A stretch of 63,123 nucleotides of DNA, the filler included, from Nemertoderma westbladi (lineage: Eukaryota; Animalia; Xenacoelomorpha): NCBI GenBank assembly GCA_032718475.1. It is 3 parts of 3 records of this genome, joined end to end, with 100 filler letters (N's around TTAATTAATTAA, not from the genome) between each part and the next. Parts side by side here need not be neighbours in the genome. Positions count along the whole stretch, not along the records: positions 21,699 to 45,664 come from JAUCBJ010000269.1; positions 45,765 to 63,123 come from JAUCBJ010005595.1; 1 more part is not named here. One strand, written 5' to 3'. Below, piece by piece: positions 34,222 to 46,800 of the stretch (positions are counted from its first letter, which is position 1; the number at the start of each line of letters is the position of its first letter). The notes below the pieces were generated by a model. The model ran no database searches, had not been told where the DNA came from, and saw nothing but the letters and a program-made list of their open reading frames with translations. The position numbers and the translations under genes were made by a program.

Positions 34222-37200
34222 ACATACCAATGTGCTTTCCTATGAGTACTCATTCACATTTATTTACTCATGTGCTTTCCTATGAGTACTCATTCAGATT
34301 TACTTACCCATGTGCTTTCCTATGAGTACTCATTCACATTTACTTACCCATGTGCTCTCCTGTGAGTACTCATTCACATTTACTTACCCATGTGCTTTCC
34401 TAAGAGTACTCATTCACATTTACTTACCCATGTGCTCTCCTATGAGTACTCATTCACATTTAGTTACCCATGTGCTTTCCTATGAGTACTCATTCACATT
34501 TAGTTACCCATGTGCTTCCCTATGAGTACTCATTCACATTTACTTACTCGTGCTTTCATATGAGTACTCATTCACATTTACTTACTCATGTGCATTCCTT
34601 ACTCATTCACATTTACTTACCCATGTGCTTTCCTAAGAGTACTCATTCACATTTACTTACCCATGTGCTTTCCTAAGAGTACTCATTCACATTTACTTAC
34701 CCATGTGCTTTCCTAAGAGTACTCATTCACATTTACTTAGGCAGTGTGCTTTCCTATGAGTACTCATTCACATTTAGTTACCCATGTGCTTCCCTATGAG
34801 TACTCATTCACATTTACTTACCCATGTGCTCTCCTATGAGTACTCATTCACATTTAGTTACCCATGTGCTTTCCTATGAGTACTCATTCACATTTACTTA
34901 CCCATGTGCTTTCCTATGAGTACTCATTCACATTTACTTACTCGTGCTTTCATATGAGTACTCATTCACATTTACTTACTCATGTGCATTCCTTACTCAT
35001 TCACATTTACTTACCCATGTGCTTTCCTAAGAGTACTCATTCACATTTACTTACCCATGTGCTCTCCTATGAGTACTCATTCACATTTACTTACCCATGT
35101 GTTCTCCTATGAGTACTCATTCACATTTAGTTACCCATGTGCTTTCCTATGAGTACTCATTCACATTTACTTACTCGTGCTTTCATATGAGTACTCATTC
35201 ACATTTACTTACCCATGTGCTTTCCTATGAGTACTCATTCACATTTACTTACCCATGTGCTTTCCTATGAGTACTCATTCACATTTACTTACCCATGTGT
35301 TCTCCTATGAGTACTCATTCACATTTAGTTACCCATGTGTTCTCCTATGAGTACTCATTCACATTTACTTACCCATGTGTTCTCCTATGAGTACTCATTC
35401 ACATTTAGTTACCCATGTGCTTTCCTATGAGTACTCATTCACATTTACTTACTCGTGCTTTCATATGAGTACTCATTCACATTTACTTACTCATGTGCAT
35501 TCCTTACTCATTCACATTTACTTACCCATGTGCTTTCCTATGAGTACTCATTCACATTTACTTACCCATGTGCTTTCCTATGAGTACTCATTCACATTTA
35601 CATACCAATGTGCTTTCCTAAGAGTACTCATTCACATTTACTTACCCATGTGCTCTCCTATGAGTACTCATTCACATTTACTTACCCATGTGCTTTCCTA
35701 TGAGTACTCATTCACATTTACTTACCCATGTGCTTTCCTATGAGTACTCATTCACATTTACTTACCCATGTGCTTTCCTATGAGTACTCATTCACATTTA
35801 CTTACCCATGTGCTTTCCTATGAGTACTCATTCACATTTACTTACCCATGTGCTTTCCTATGAGTACTCATTCAGATTTACTTACCCATGTGCTTTCCTA
35901 TGAGTACTCATTCACATTTACTTACCCATGTGCTTTCCTATGAGTACTCATTCACATTTACTTACCCATGTGCTTTCCTATGAGTACTCATTCAGATTTA
36001 CTTACCCATGTGCTTTCCTATGAGTACTCATTCACATTTACTTACCCATGTGCTTTCCTATGAGTACTCATTCACATTTACTTACCCATGTGCTTTCCTA
36101 TGAGTACTCATTCAGATTTACTTACCCATGTGCTTTCCTATGAGTACTCATTCACATTTACTTACCCATGTGCTTTCCTATGAGTACTCATTCACATTTA
36201 CTTACCCATGTGCTCTCCTATGAGTACTCATTCACATTTACTTACCCATGTGCTTTCCTATGAGTACTCATTCACATTTACTTACCCATGTGCTTTCCTA
36301 TGAGTACTCATTCAGATTTACTTACCCATGTGCTTTCCTATGAGTACTCATTCACATTTACTTACCCATGTGCTTTCCTATGAGTACTCATTCACATTTA
36401 CTTACCCATGTGCTTTCCTATGAGTACTCATTCAGATTTACTTACCCATGTGCTTTCCTATGAGTACTCATTCACATTTACTTACCCATGTGCTTTCCTA
36501 TGAGTACTCATTCACATTTAGTTACCCATGTGCTTTCCTATGAGTACTCATTCACATTTACTTACCCATGTGCTTTCCTATGTGTACTCATTCACATTTA
36601 CTTACCCATGTGCTTTCCTAAGAGTACTCATTCACATTTACTTACCCATGTGCTTTCCTATGAGTACTCATTCACATTTACTTACCCATGTGCTCTCCTA
36701 TGAGTACTCATTCACATTTACTTACTCATGTGCTTTCCTATGAGTACTCATTCACATTTACTTACCCATGTGCTTTCCTATGAGTACTCATTCAGATTTA
36801 CTTACCCATGTGCTTTCCTATGAGTACTCATTCACATTTAGTTACCCATGTGCTTTCCTATGAGTACTCATTCACATTTACTTACCCATGTGCTTTCCTA
36901 TGAGTACTCATTCAGATTTACTTACCCATGTGCTTTCCTATGAGTACTCATTCACATTTACTTACCCATGTGCTTTCCTATGAGTACTCATTCAGATTTA
37001 CTTACCCATGTGCTTTCCTATGTGTACTCATTCACATTTACTTACCCATGTGCTTTCCTATGAGTACTCATTCACATTTACTTACCCATGTGCTTTCCTA
37101 TGAGTACTCATTCACATTTACTTACCCATGTGCTTTCCTATGAGTACTCATTCACATTTACTTACCCATGTGCTTCCCTATGAGTACTCATTCACATTTA

Positions 37201-40200
37201 CTTACCCATGTGCTTTCCTAAGAGTACTCATTCACATTTACTTACCCATGTGCTCTCCTATGAGTACTCATTCACATTTACTTACCCATGTGCTTTCCTA
37301 TGAGTACTCATTCACATTTACTTACCCATGTGCTTTCCTATGAGTACTCATTCAGATTTACTTACCCATGTGCTTTCCTATGAGTACTCATTCACATTTA
37401 CTTACCCATGTGCTTTCCTATGAGTACTCATTCACATTTACTTACCCATGTGCTTTCCTATGAGTACTCATTCAGATTTACTTACCCATGTGCTTTCCTA
37501 TGAGTACTCATTCACATTTACTTACCCATGTGCTTTCCTATGAGTACTCATTCACATTTACTTACCCATGTGCTTTCCTATGAGTACTCATTCAGATTTA
37601 CTTACCCATGTGCTTTCCTATGAGTACTCATTCACATTTACTTACCCATGTGCTTTCCTATGAGTACTCATTCACATTTACTTACCCATGTGCTTTCCTA
37701 TGAGTACTCATTCAGATTTACTTACCCATGTGCTTTCCTATGAGTACTCATTCACATTTACTTACCCATGTGCTTTCCTATGAGTACTCATTCACATTTA
37801 CTTACCCATGTGCTCTCCTATGAGTACTCATTCACATTTACTTACCCATGTGCTTTCCTATGAGTACTCATTCACATTTACTTACCCATGTGCTTTCCTA
37901 TGAGTACTCATTCAGATTTACTTACCCATGTGCTTTCCTATGAGTACTCATTCACATTTACTTACCCATGTGCTTTCCTATGAGTACTCATTCACATTTA
38001 CTTACCCATGTGCTTTCCTATGAGTACTCATTCAGATTTACTTACCCATGTGCTTTCCTATGAGTACTCATTCACATTTACTTACCCATGTGCTTTCCTA
38101 TGAGTACTCATTCACATTTACTTACCCATGTGCTTTCCTATGAGTACTCATTCACATTTACTTACCCATGTGCTTTCCTATGAGTACTCATTCACATTTA
38201 CTTACCCTTGTGCTTTCCTATGAGTACTCATTCACATTTACTTACCCATGTGCTTTCCTATGAGTACTCATTCACATTTACTTACCCATGTGCTTTCCTA
38301 TGAGTACTCATTCACATTTACTTACCCATGTGCTTTCCTATGAGTACTCATTCACATTTACTTACCCATGTGCTCTCCTATGAGTACTCATTCACATTTA
38401 CTTACTCATGTGCTTTCCTATGAGTACTCATTCACATTTACTTACCCATGTGCTTTCCTATGAGTACTCATTCAGATTTACTTACCCATGTGCTTTCCTA
38501 TGAGTACTCATTCACATTTAGTTACCCATGTGCTTTCCTATGAGTACTCATTCACATTTACTTACCCATGTGCTTTCCTATGAGTACTCATTCAGATTTA
38601 CTTACCCATGTGCTTTCCTATGAGTACTCATTCACATTTACTTACCCATGTGCTTTCCTATGAGTACTCATTCAGATTTACTTACCCATGTGCTTTCCTA
38701 TGTGTACTCATTCACATTTACTTACCCATGTGCTTTCCTATGTGTACTCATTCACATTTACTTACCCATGTGCTTTCCTATGAGTACTCATTCACATTTA
38801 CTTACCCATGTGCTTTCCTATGAGTACTCATTCACATTTACTTACCCATGTGCTTTCCTATGAGTACTCATTCACATTTACTTACCCATGTGCTTCCCTA
38901 TGAGTACTCATTCACATTTACTTACCCATGTGCTTTCCTATGAGTACTCATTCACATTTACTTACCCATGTGCTTCCCTATGAGTACTCATTCACATTTA
39001 CTTACCCATGTGCTTTCCTATGAGTACTCATTCAGATTTACTTACCCATGTGCTTTCCTATGAGTACTCATTCACATTTACTTACCCATGTGCTTTCCTA
39101 TGAGTACTCATTCAGATTTACTTACCCATGTGCTTTCCTATGAGTACTCATTCACATTTACTTACCCATGTGCTTTCCTATGAGTACTCATTCACATTTA
39201 CTTACCCATGTGCTTTCCTATGAGTACTCATTCACATTTAGTTACCCATGTGCTTTCCTATGAGTACTCATTCACATTTACTTACCCATGTGCTTTCCTA
39301 TGAGTACTCATTCACATTTACTTACCCATGTGCTTTCCTATGAGTACTCATTCAGATTTACTTACCCATGTGCTTTCCTATGAGTACTCATTCACATTTA
39401 CTTACCCATGTGCTTTCCTATGAGTACTCATTCACATTTACTTACCCATGTGCTTTCCTATGAGTACTCATTCAGATTTACTTACCAATGTGCTTTCCTA
39501 TGAGTACTCATTCACATTTACTTACCCATGTGCTTTCCTATGAGTACTCACTCAGATTTACTTACCCATGTGCTTTCCTATGTGTACTCATTCACATTTA
39601 CTTACCCATGTGCTTTCCTATGAGTACTCATTCACATTTACTTACCCATGTGCTTTCCTATGAGTACTCATTCACATTTACTTACCCATGTGCTTTCCTA
39701 TGAGTACTCATTCACATTTACTTACCCATGTGCTTCCCTATGAGTACTCATTCACATTTACTTACCCATGTGCTTTCCTATGAGTACTCATTCACATTTA
39801 CTTACCCATGTGCTCTCCTATGAGTACTCATTCACATTTACTTACTCATGTGCTTTCCTATGAGTACTCATTCACATTTACTTACCCATGTGCTTTCCTA
39901 TGAGTACTCATTCACATTTACTTACCCATGTGCTCCCCTATGAGTACTCATTCACATTTACTTACCCATGTGCTCTCCTATGAGTACTCATTCACATTTA
40001 CTTACCCATGTGCTTCCCTATGAGTACTCATTCACATTTACTTACCCATGTGCTTTCCTATGAGTACTCATTCAGATTTACTTACCCATGTGCTCCCCTA
40101 TGAGTACTCATTCACATTTACTTACCCATGTGCTCTCCTATGAGTACTCATTCACATTTACTTACCCATGTGCTTCCCTATGAGTACTCATTCACATTTA

Positions 40201-40418
40201 CTTACCCATGTGCTCTCCTATGAGTACTCATTCACATTTACTTACCCATGTGCTTTCCTATGAGTACTCATTCACATTTACTTACCCATGTGCTTTCCTA
40301 TGAGTACTCATTCACATTTACTTACCCATGTGCTCTCCTATGAGTACTCATTCACATTTACTTACCCATGTGCTTTCCTATGAGTACTCATTCACATTTA
40401 CTTACCCATGTGCTCTCC
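34222..40418 (-). repeat. 40-bp minisatellite (~155 copies, 6.2 kb) made of a BTB exon end + 5' splice site
   Basis: Minus-strand unit GGAAAGCACATGG|GTAAGTAAATGTGAATGAGTACTCATA; the first copy is the real exon end GGAGAGCACATGG|GTAAGT. Confidence 0.97.
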
Positions 40419-43400
40419 GCTCGATAATTCCGTTAGGATGGTGAGGAGATGACACACATTCTGCGGCGTCATCAGATTCAAGAGATGTTGGGAACAGGTG
40501 TCAGCCAGATCGGACAGTCCCAGTTCCCCAGACAGTCGTAGACAGTCCAACACGTCGCCGTCCGTGATGGTTATCTGTCCGGAATAGATATATCGCAACA
40601 CCAAACGGAATATCCGCGGATCCATGTCCGTTTGTTTCACAACCAAAACATCACCGGGTCGCTTCTCCTGGAACAGTTCCGCTTCCATCCTGGAATAACA
40701 GATCAATTAATTAATGTTATCGGAATTTAAATAATTCGATTCCAAACTCTGATTGTGTGTTCCATGCTCCATGGAGTTTATGTTATCTTATAAAACGAGG
40801 ACTAAAAAATGGCAAGTTTATTCTACCGACCGCATTGCGCTACATTGTAGACACTGTAAATTACATTTACCGACACCACTGAATGTCTGACGGTAATATT
40901 TCTGCAATAACATCATCATCCCCGATTCTATAACCTCTCATTATTAATTAATTACTATGAAAAAGTAATTTTTTCCATATTTTTTTAATCTGTCTACACA
41001 GCCTCCATCTTGTGTCTATTGAAACTGGGCTCGCAATCTTCAAGCTGAAAATATTTTTATAATTTATTACCCGGTATTGGTGTTATGGGTGAAAATATAT
41101 CCCTCAGTGCTCAGTCAGTCACATACAGTAGGCCTACTGCTGCCAATCCGAAGGAGCTGGATAAAATAAAAGCTCAATTCTTAAATCCACTCCTGGTAAC
41201 GCCTCTGCTACACTAGCGGACCACTTGGTGGAGTCCACCACACTAGTGGAAGATATCGCCAGTAGCAACCTAGGAATTTTCAACTCAGAATCCCTGGAGA
41301 CTTACCGTGTTTTCAGAACAGAGAGAACAAACGGGATTCACATATAATTCTTGGAAAATAAGAAATCAAGCCAATAGACATATTATAATTACAATAACGA
41401 CTGCATAGCACACTACTGGTGTGGCGGACAGAGGCGGCGCTAGACCAAAACAAGTGGGGGGGTGGGGGGGGGGGGGGGGGGGGTCAGTCAATTTGCACCG
41501 ACTGGAAATTGAATTTACAGCGACTTAATTGAAACATTTGAACTGTGCATGTATTAGTAATAATTTATATCAATTAATAAAAAATAATTATAGAATTAGC
41601 ATACCTCGCTTCCGCTCAGTAAATAAAATACCTCGAGAATAGCAGAAAAAAGTTATACTTTTTTCCCCTTTAATACGTAATTTTATTCTTAAATGGGTAC
41701 TTTTTATTGCCCAATTCTTTAATAAAATATAGAGCGATAGGCCTAGTGTTACAAAATAAATAACTATATAGTATTTTACTATATTGCTGCTTCCATAGTT
41801 ATTACAATTAAAATTACTGTACTCTTCAACTCCTGATACTGCCTAAGGCCGCGTTCACACTACCGAGTCAAAGTCAAAAGAAAATAAATATAGCTAGCTA
41901 GCAATAATAAATAATAAGGCCTAATATAATACATAAGGGCGTTCTAGAAAAAAATAAATTTCGTGTGATTTGTTTTACATTTTGTCTTTTGACTTTGACT
42001 CGGTAGTGTGAACGCGGCCTTACTCAATGTGAAACGATTTATAGTGTTCTTGAATTTTGAATAATTATTACGTAACTAATAAAGACCCACTTAACAACAT
42101 ACACAAATATTGGATATTGAGTTCCGTTTTGGAGTTCGCCTTGCAGACACTAAAGTTGCAATAAACTTGGCAATAACACATAAGTGTGTGAATGGATTTT
42201 GCTCTAATTACGTGCAAACCTTTCAACACATTTAATATAATTTATGGTAATCAGCTATCACAATACACTATCACACTTCGCAAGAACTTAATCAGGCCCT
42301 CTTTAGTAACTTTTATGACTTTAACTTTTTTTATTTATATTTATATACTGTATATAAAATTTTAAACATTGGTACATACGACACCGTCCCGGCCTACAGC
42401 TACACTTACTCATCGGTCTGGTACATACGAAACCGTCCCGGCCTACAGCTACACTTACTCATCGGTCTGGTACATACGACACCGTCCCGGCCTACAGCTA
42501 CACTTACTCATCGGTCTGGTACATACGAAACCGTCCCGGCCTACAGCTACACTTACTCATCGGTCTGGTACATACGACACCGTCCCGGCCTACAGCTACA
42601 CTTACTCATCGGTCTGGTACATACGACACCGTCCGGGCCTACAGCTACACTTACTCATCGGTCTGGTACATACGACACCGTCCCAGCCTACAGCTACACT
42701 TACTCATCGGTTTGGTACATACGACACCGTCCCGGCCTACAGCTACACTTACTCAACGGTCTGGTACATACGACACCGTCCCGGCCTACAGCTACACTTA
42801 CTCATCGGTCTGGTACATACGACACCGTCCGGGCCTACAGCTACACTTACTCATCGGTCTGGTACATACGACACCGTCCCGGCCTACAGCTACAATTACT
42901 CATCGGTTTGGTACATACGACACCGTCCCGGCCTACAGCTACACTTACTCATCGGTTTGGTACATACGACACCGTCCCGGCCTACAGCTACACTTACTCA
43001 TCGGTCTGGTACATACGACACCGTCCCGGCCTACAGCTACACTTACTCATCGGTCTGGTACATACGACACCGTCCCGGCCTACAGCTACACTTACTCATC
43101 GGTCTGGTACATACGACACCGTCCCGGCCTACAGCTACACTTACTCATCGGTCTGGTACATACGACACCGTCCCGGCCTACAGCTACACTTACTCATCGG
43201 TTTGGTACATACGACACCGTCCCGGCCTACAGCTACACTTACTCATCGGTTTGGTACATACGACACCGTCCCGGCCTACAGCTACACTTACTCATCGGTC
43301 TGGTACATACGACACCGTCCCGGCCTACAGCTACACTTACTCATCGGTCTGGTACATACGACACCGTCCCGGCCTACAGCTACACTTACTCAACGGTCTG

Positions 43401-44178
43401 GTACATACGATACCGTCCCGGCCTACAGCTACACTTACTCATCGGTCTGGTACATACGACACCGTCCCCGGCCTACAGCTACACTTACTCATCGGTCTGG
43501 TACATACGACACCGTCCCGGCCTACAGCTACAATTACTCATCGGTTTGGTACATACGACACCGTCCCGGCCTACAGCTACACTTACTCATCGGTTTGGTA
43601 CATACGACACCGTCCCGGCCTACAGCTACACTTACTCATCGGTCTGGTACATACGACACCGTCCCGGCCTACAGCTACACTTACTCATCGGTCTGGTACA
43701 TACGACACCGTCCCGGCCTACAGCTACACTTACTCAACGGTCTGGTACATACGACACCGTCCCGGCCTACAGCTACACTTACTCATCGGTCTGGTACATA
43801 CGACACCGTCCCGGCCTACAGCTACACTTACTCATCGGTCTGGTACATACGACACCGTCCCGGCCTACAGCTACACTTACTCATCGGTCTGGTACATACG
43901 ACACCGTCCCGGCCTACAGCTACACTTACTCAGCGGCTCTGGTACATGCGACACCGTCCCCAAATAATAATCTTGTGAGCAGTAATTCTCTCCTTGTGGT
44001 CTCCGATCTCAAAGACCATGTCGGAGTGTACCTTATCGTCTAGAAGTCTCTCGTAATCGAGCACCAGCACATCGGTCATACAGACTACAGTCGGCATCGA
44101 TTCCTCGTGGTCAGCCCCAAGTATTTGGGCCAACGTCTCCCCCCCTGCCAGATGTGTATGGCTACTGGATGAGGACAT
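40406..44178 (-). CDS. BTB/POZ(-BACK) domain protein; coding exons 44178-43930 and 40689-40406; frame defect at the first donor as assembled; downstream exons not found
   Basis: DYERLLDDKVHSDMVFEIGDHKERITAHKIIIWGRC and MDPRIFRLVLRYIYSGQITIT...LGLSDLADTCSQHLLNLMTPQNVCHLL are the two halves of a BTB domain plus the BACK start. Acceptors TTTTGCAG (44189) and TATTCCAG (40690); GTAAGT donors. Confidence 0.82.
41846..42020. mobile_element. MITE with perfect 36-bp TIRs, flanked by TA
   Basis: TA|AGGCCGCGTTCACACTACCGAGTCAAAGTCAAAAGA ... exact reverse complement|TA. Confidence 0.9.
42369..43960 (-). repeat. 49-bp minisatellite (~32 copies) made of a BTB exon end + 5' splice site
   Basis: Minus-strand unit GGGACGGTGTCGTATGTACCAGACCGATGA|GTAAGTGTAGCTGTAGGCC; first copy is the exon end GGGACGGTGTCGCATGTACCAGAGCCGCTGA|GTAAGT. 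Confidence 0.97.
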
Positions 44179-44333
44179 TGTAATATCTCTGCAAAAGATG
44201 TAGTACAGGCAATCAGTTACACAACCGAGAATAACATAAGAAAATAAGTAAGAAAATAACTGTAGTTTGATTATGTTTCATTTTCAGAACACCATACTTG
44301 TAAAGTATGCCACACAGAGACATCAACACTAGT

Positions 44334-45181
44334 AGGCGTTAGAACATCCTAATTTCAAGCAGTCTCGGATTGGACGGAGGCGTTAGAACATCCAAATTTC
44401 AAGCAGTCTCTGTCTCTGATTGGACGATTAAAATATTTGAGTATTCTACCAATAAGAAAGCGCTTGCATTTAGGAGGTTCTAATGACAATAATAAAGGCA
44501 TTAGAGACTGTTAATTGCAAGTTTTCAACTACTGTCACTATGATGATATCGGGGTTATCAGATTAGGTTATCAGCGGTTGGTTGGTTAGGTCAAGCGGTC
44601 AAGGTATTATCTCTTCTCAGCGTAAGGAAATTTCGCGATAATATCGTTTATAAGTCGTAGTATATCCATTAGATGAGAGAAGCTGATGTATGTAAAGTAG
44701 ACGTAACTTAGGTTTAATGTGAGCGTTCTTTATTTTATCAGGGTTATTAAAGGTGTTTGTTTTAGTTTGTGAAAGGGACCGACATGTTGAATGTTGTATG
44801 TAGTGATTGGTGCGATTTTTATATTGAATATTACCATTCCAGTTTCGATGGAGTGAGAGAAACAGGATATGGTTTAGGGGTCCCATAAAACGCTGTAGGT
44901 GAATTGAGTTTAGAGTTTGATATGTTATGTTTGAGTAAATCTACGGGATGGGATGGTTGTAGGGTAATCCTACTTGGATACTTACATAACAGGTTTTATG
45001 TCTGCCAATTCTTTTATTTTTAAACATCCCGCCAACATCAACAACTTCTAAACTTGAAACTAGCAGTCTTTAATGGCATATTTCTTGTCATTAAAAGCAC
45101 CAAATTCAAGCACTATATGATTGGTAGGCCATTTGTCTGACCAATCAGTGACTGCTTGAAATTAGGATGTTTTAACGCCTC
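44334..45181. mobile_element. Inverted-repeat-bounded element enclosing a degraded LINE 3' fragment
   Basis: AGGCGTTAGAACATCCTAATTTCAAGCAGTC (twice, 44334 and 44378) and its reverse complement at ~45150-45181; 44617-45020 reads like a LINE C-terminus on the minus strand. Confidence 0.5.
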
Positions 45182-45452
45182 CTCAGCGACACCACAGTGA
45201 GGCTAAAACTAGGGAGGCCTACTGTATGTAGTCAGACAGTAGGCCGGTAGTACTGTAGGCCTACACGTACAGTATTAATTATACTGTATACAATACTTAT
45301 AGATAGTTACTTCCTAGTAGTTCCGTAATGAAACTACTAATTCAACATATTATATAAACTTGTATTAGAAAAACAGTCACAAAAATGAAATACAGTATAT
45401 AGGCCTGCGTAGGCCTAAATAAAACAAGTCCTTTTACCATCAATCTGCTCAC

Positions 45453-45520
45453 CTGTAAAGTGTACCGCGGTTGCTGATCTGCCAACGTCAAGAATTTGCT
45501 GAAATTTATATTGTAGAAGT
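45453..45520 (-). other. Possible non-coding first exon of the BTB gene (5' limit unknown)
   Basis: Strong donor TACAG|GTGAGC at 45453/45452 upstream of the acceptor at 44189, which precedes the ATG by 10 nt. Confidence 0.4.
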
Positions 45521-45664
45521 AGAGTGTAGAAAGATATATTTTATTAGAAACGGTTTACTAGAAAAGGCCTATTAAGTAACAATCCCTTCCGATATAAATA
45601 CAGTACAAATCAAATTACAAAAAATAAATAGAACAACAAATATTTGTTATAATGTATAAGCCTA

Positions 45665-45764
45665 NNNNNNNNNNNNNNNNNNNNNNNNNNNNNNNNNNNN
45701 NNNNNNNNTTAATTAATTAANNNNNNNNNNNNNNNNNNNNNNNNNNNNNNNNNNNNNNNNNNNN
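45665..45764. other. Scaffold gap, 100 nt with TTAATTAATTAA spacer
   Basis: Same artificial N-run format as 21599-21698. Confidence 0.97.
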
Positions 45765-46599
45765 AATAATTTGTCTCCCGTCGTCCCGCGTCAGCCCGCT
45801 ACTATGTTGGCGACTCCCGCTTCGGCGGTTGAGTGGGTGGAAGAGGGACGGCGGGGGATGAATCTCCTGCTAGGACAGATGCAGGAGACTGTCCACCAAC
45901 ATCCAACTTTGTCAGCACATGTTACCAGCTAAGGAACCTTACATTCACACAAAAAAGAAACCGCATTACAAAACGTACTCATTGACTAACACTCATTTGA
46001 AAATGTTAACATATTAGTCTTTACTTTTTGCTATGCTATGTGTTTTTATAATATACTCTCCTCTTATGCGTACGGTATATATACCTAACCTACGGTCAGT
46101 AAAGGCGCAAGCTATATATATTTTTATCTAACGTTATTTTATCTAATATATACCGGCTTGACCGGTGCGCCAGATGAAATGAAATTAAATAAAGTTAATT
46201 ATCAATAATCATAAGGTGCAGTTGGTTTACAATGGCTCGTTAATATCTAAGTTATTCTACCCATAACAATATATTAAAGACAATAGAACGAGTTTTACTT
46301 TTATGAGTAAACCGCTGAAATTTGCGATGAATTTTTTCTTGGAATGTTTATTGCTTCGAAAGCCCTCCCCCTCCCCCTCCCCGCCCCTCTATATCAATTA
46401 GTCAACTGTTAAACTTACATAATGAATTGTATATGTATAACATATTATTATTACGTTTCGTTAATACCTTATTCTTAAATACCAAAAATTTTACACAAAC
46501 ACATTTTTTTGACAAAAATTATAAATCTTATACAAACTAGAGTATAAAATTTAAACTATCCCAAAATTTGATGTTACATTTGTTTGACATTTGGTACAG

Positions 46600-46800
46600 T
46601 GTTTTCGCTTTCATTGCTTTCGCCGTGAGGATCAGCCTGTGCATAATCTGCTTTGACGGCCACATAGAGTGAAAAAGCATGGTGGACAGCATCTTAAAGG
46701 ACACTGGCCTTGAAGATGCAGATAATCTAGCAAATGTCATGGGTGATAGGGAGTTGTGGCGGCGCAATTTTGTTGCTAAGCCCCAAGCCGTGATAGCATT
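46600..46800 (+). mobile_element. RTE family A, degraded 3' fragment
   Basis: CATTGCTTTCGCCGTGAGGA...GGACACTGGCCTTGAAGATGC...GTCATGGGTGATAGGGAGTTGTGG. Confidence 0.85.

Noticed and set aside
34310-39703. Many ~71-aa MCFPMSTHS ORFs
   Set aside because: Translations of the 40-bp satellite.
34222-43960. CRISPR-like appearance of the 40- and 49-bp arrays
   Set aside because: No unique spacers, no cas genes, eukaryotic intron context.
42369-44043. 356-532 aa ORFs in all three plus frames
   Set aside because: By-product of a stop-free 49-bp unit, antisense to the BTB gene.
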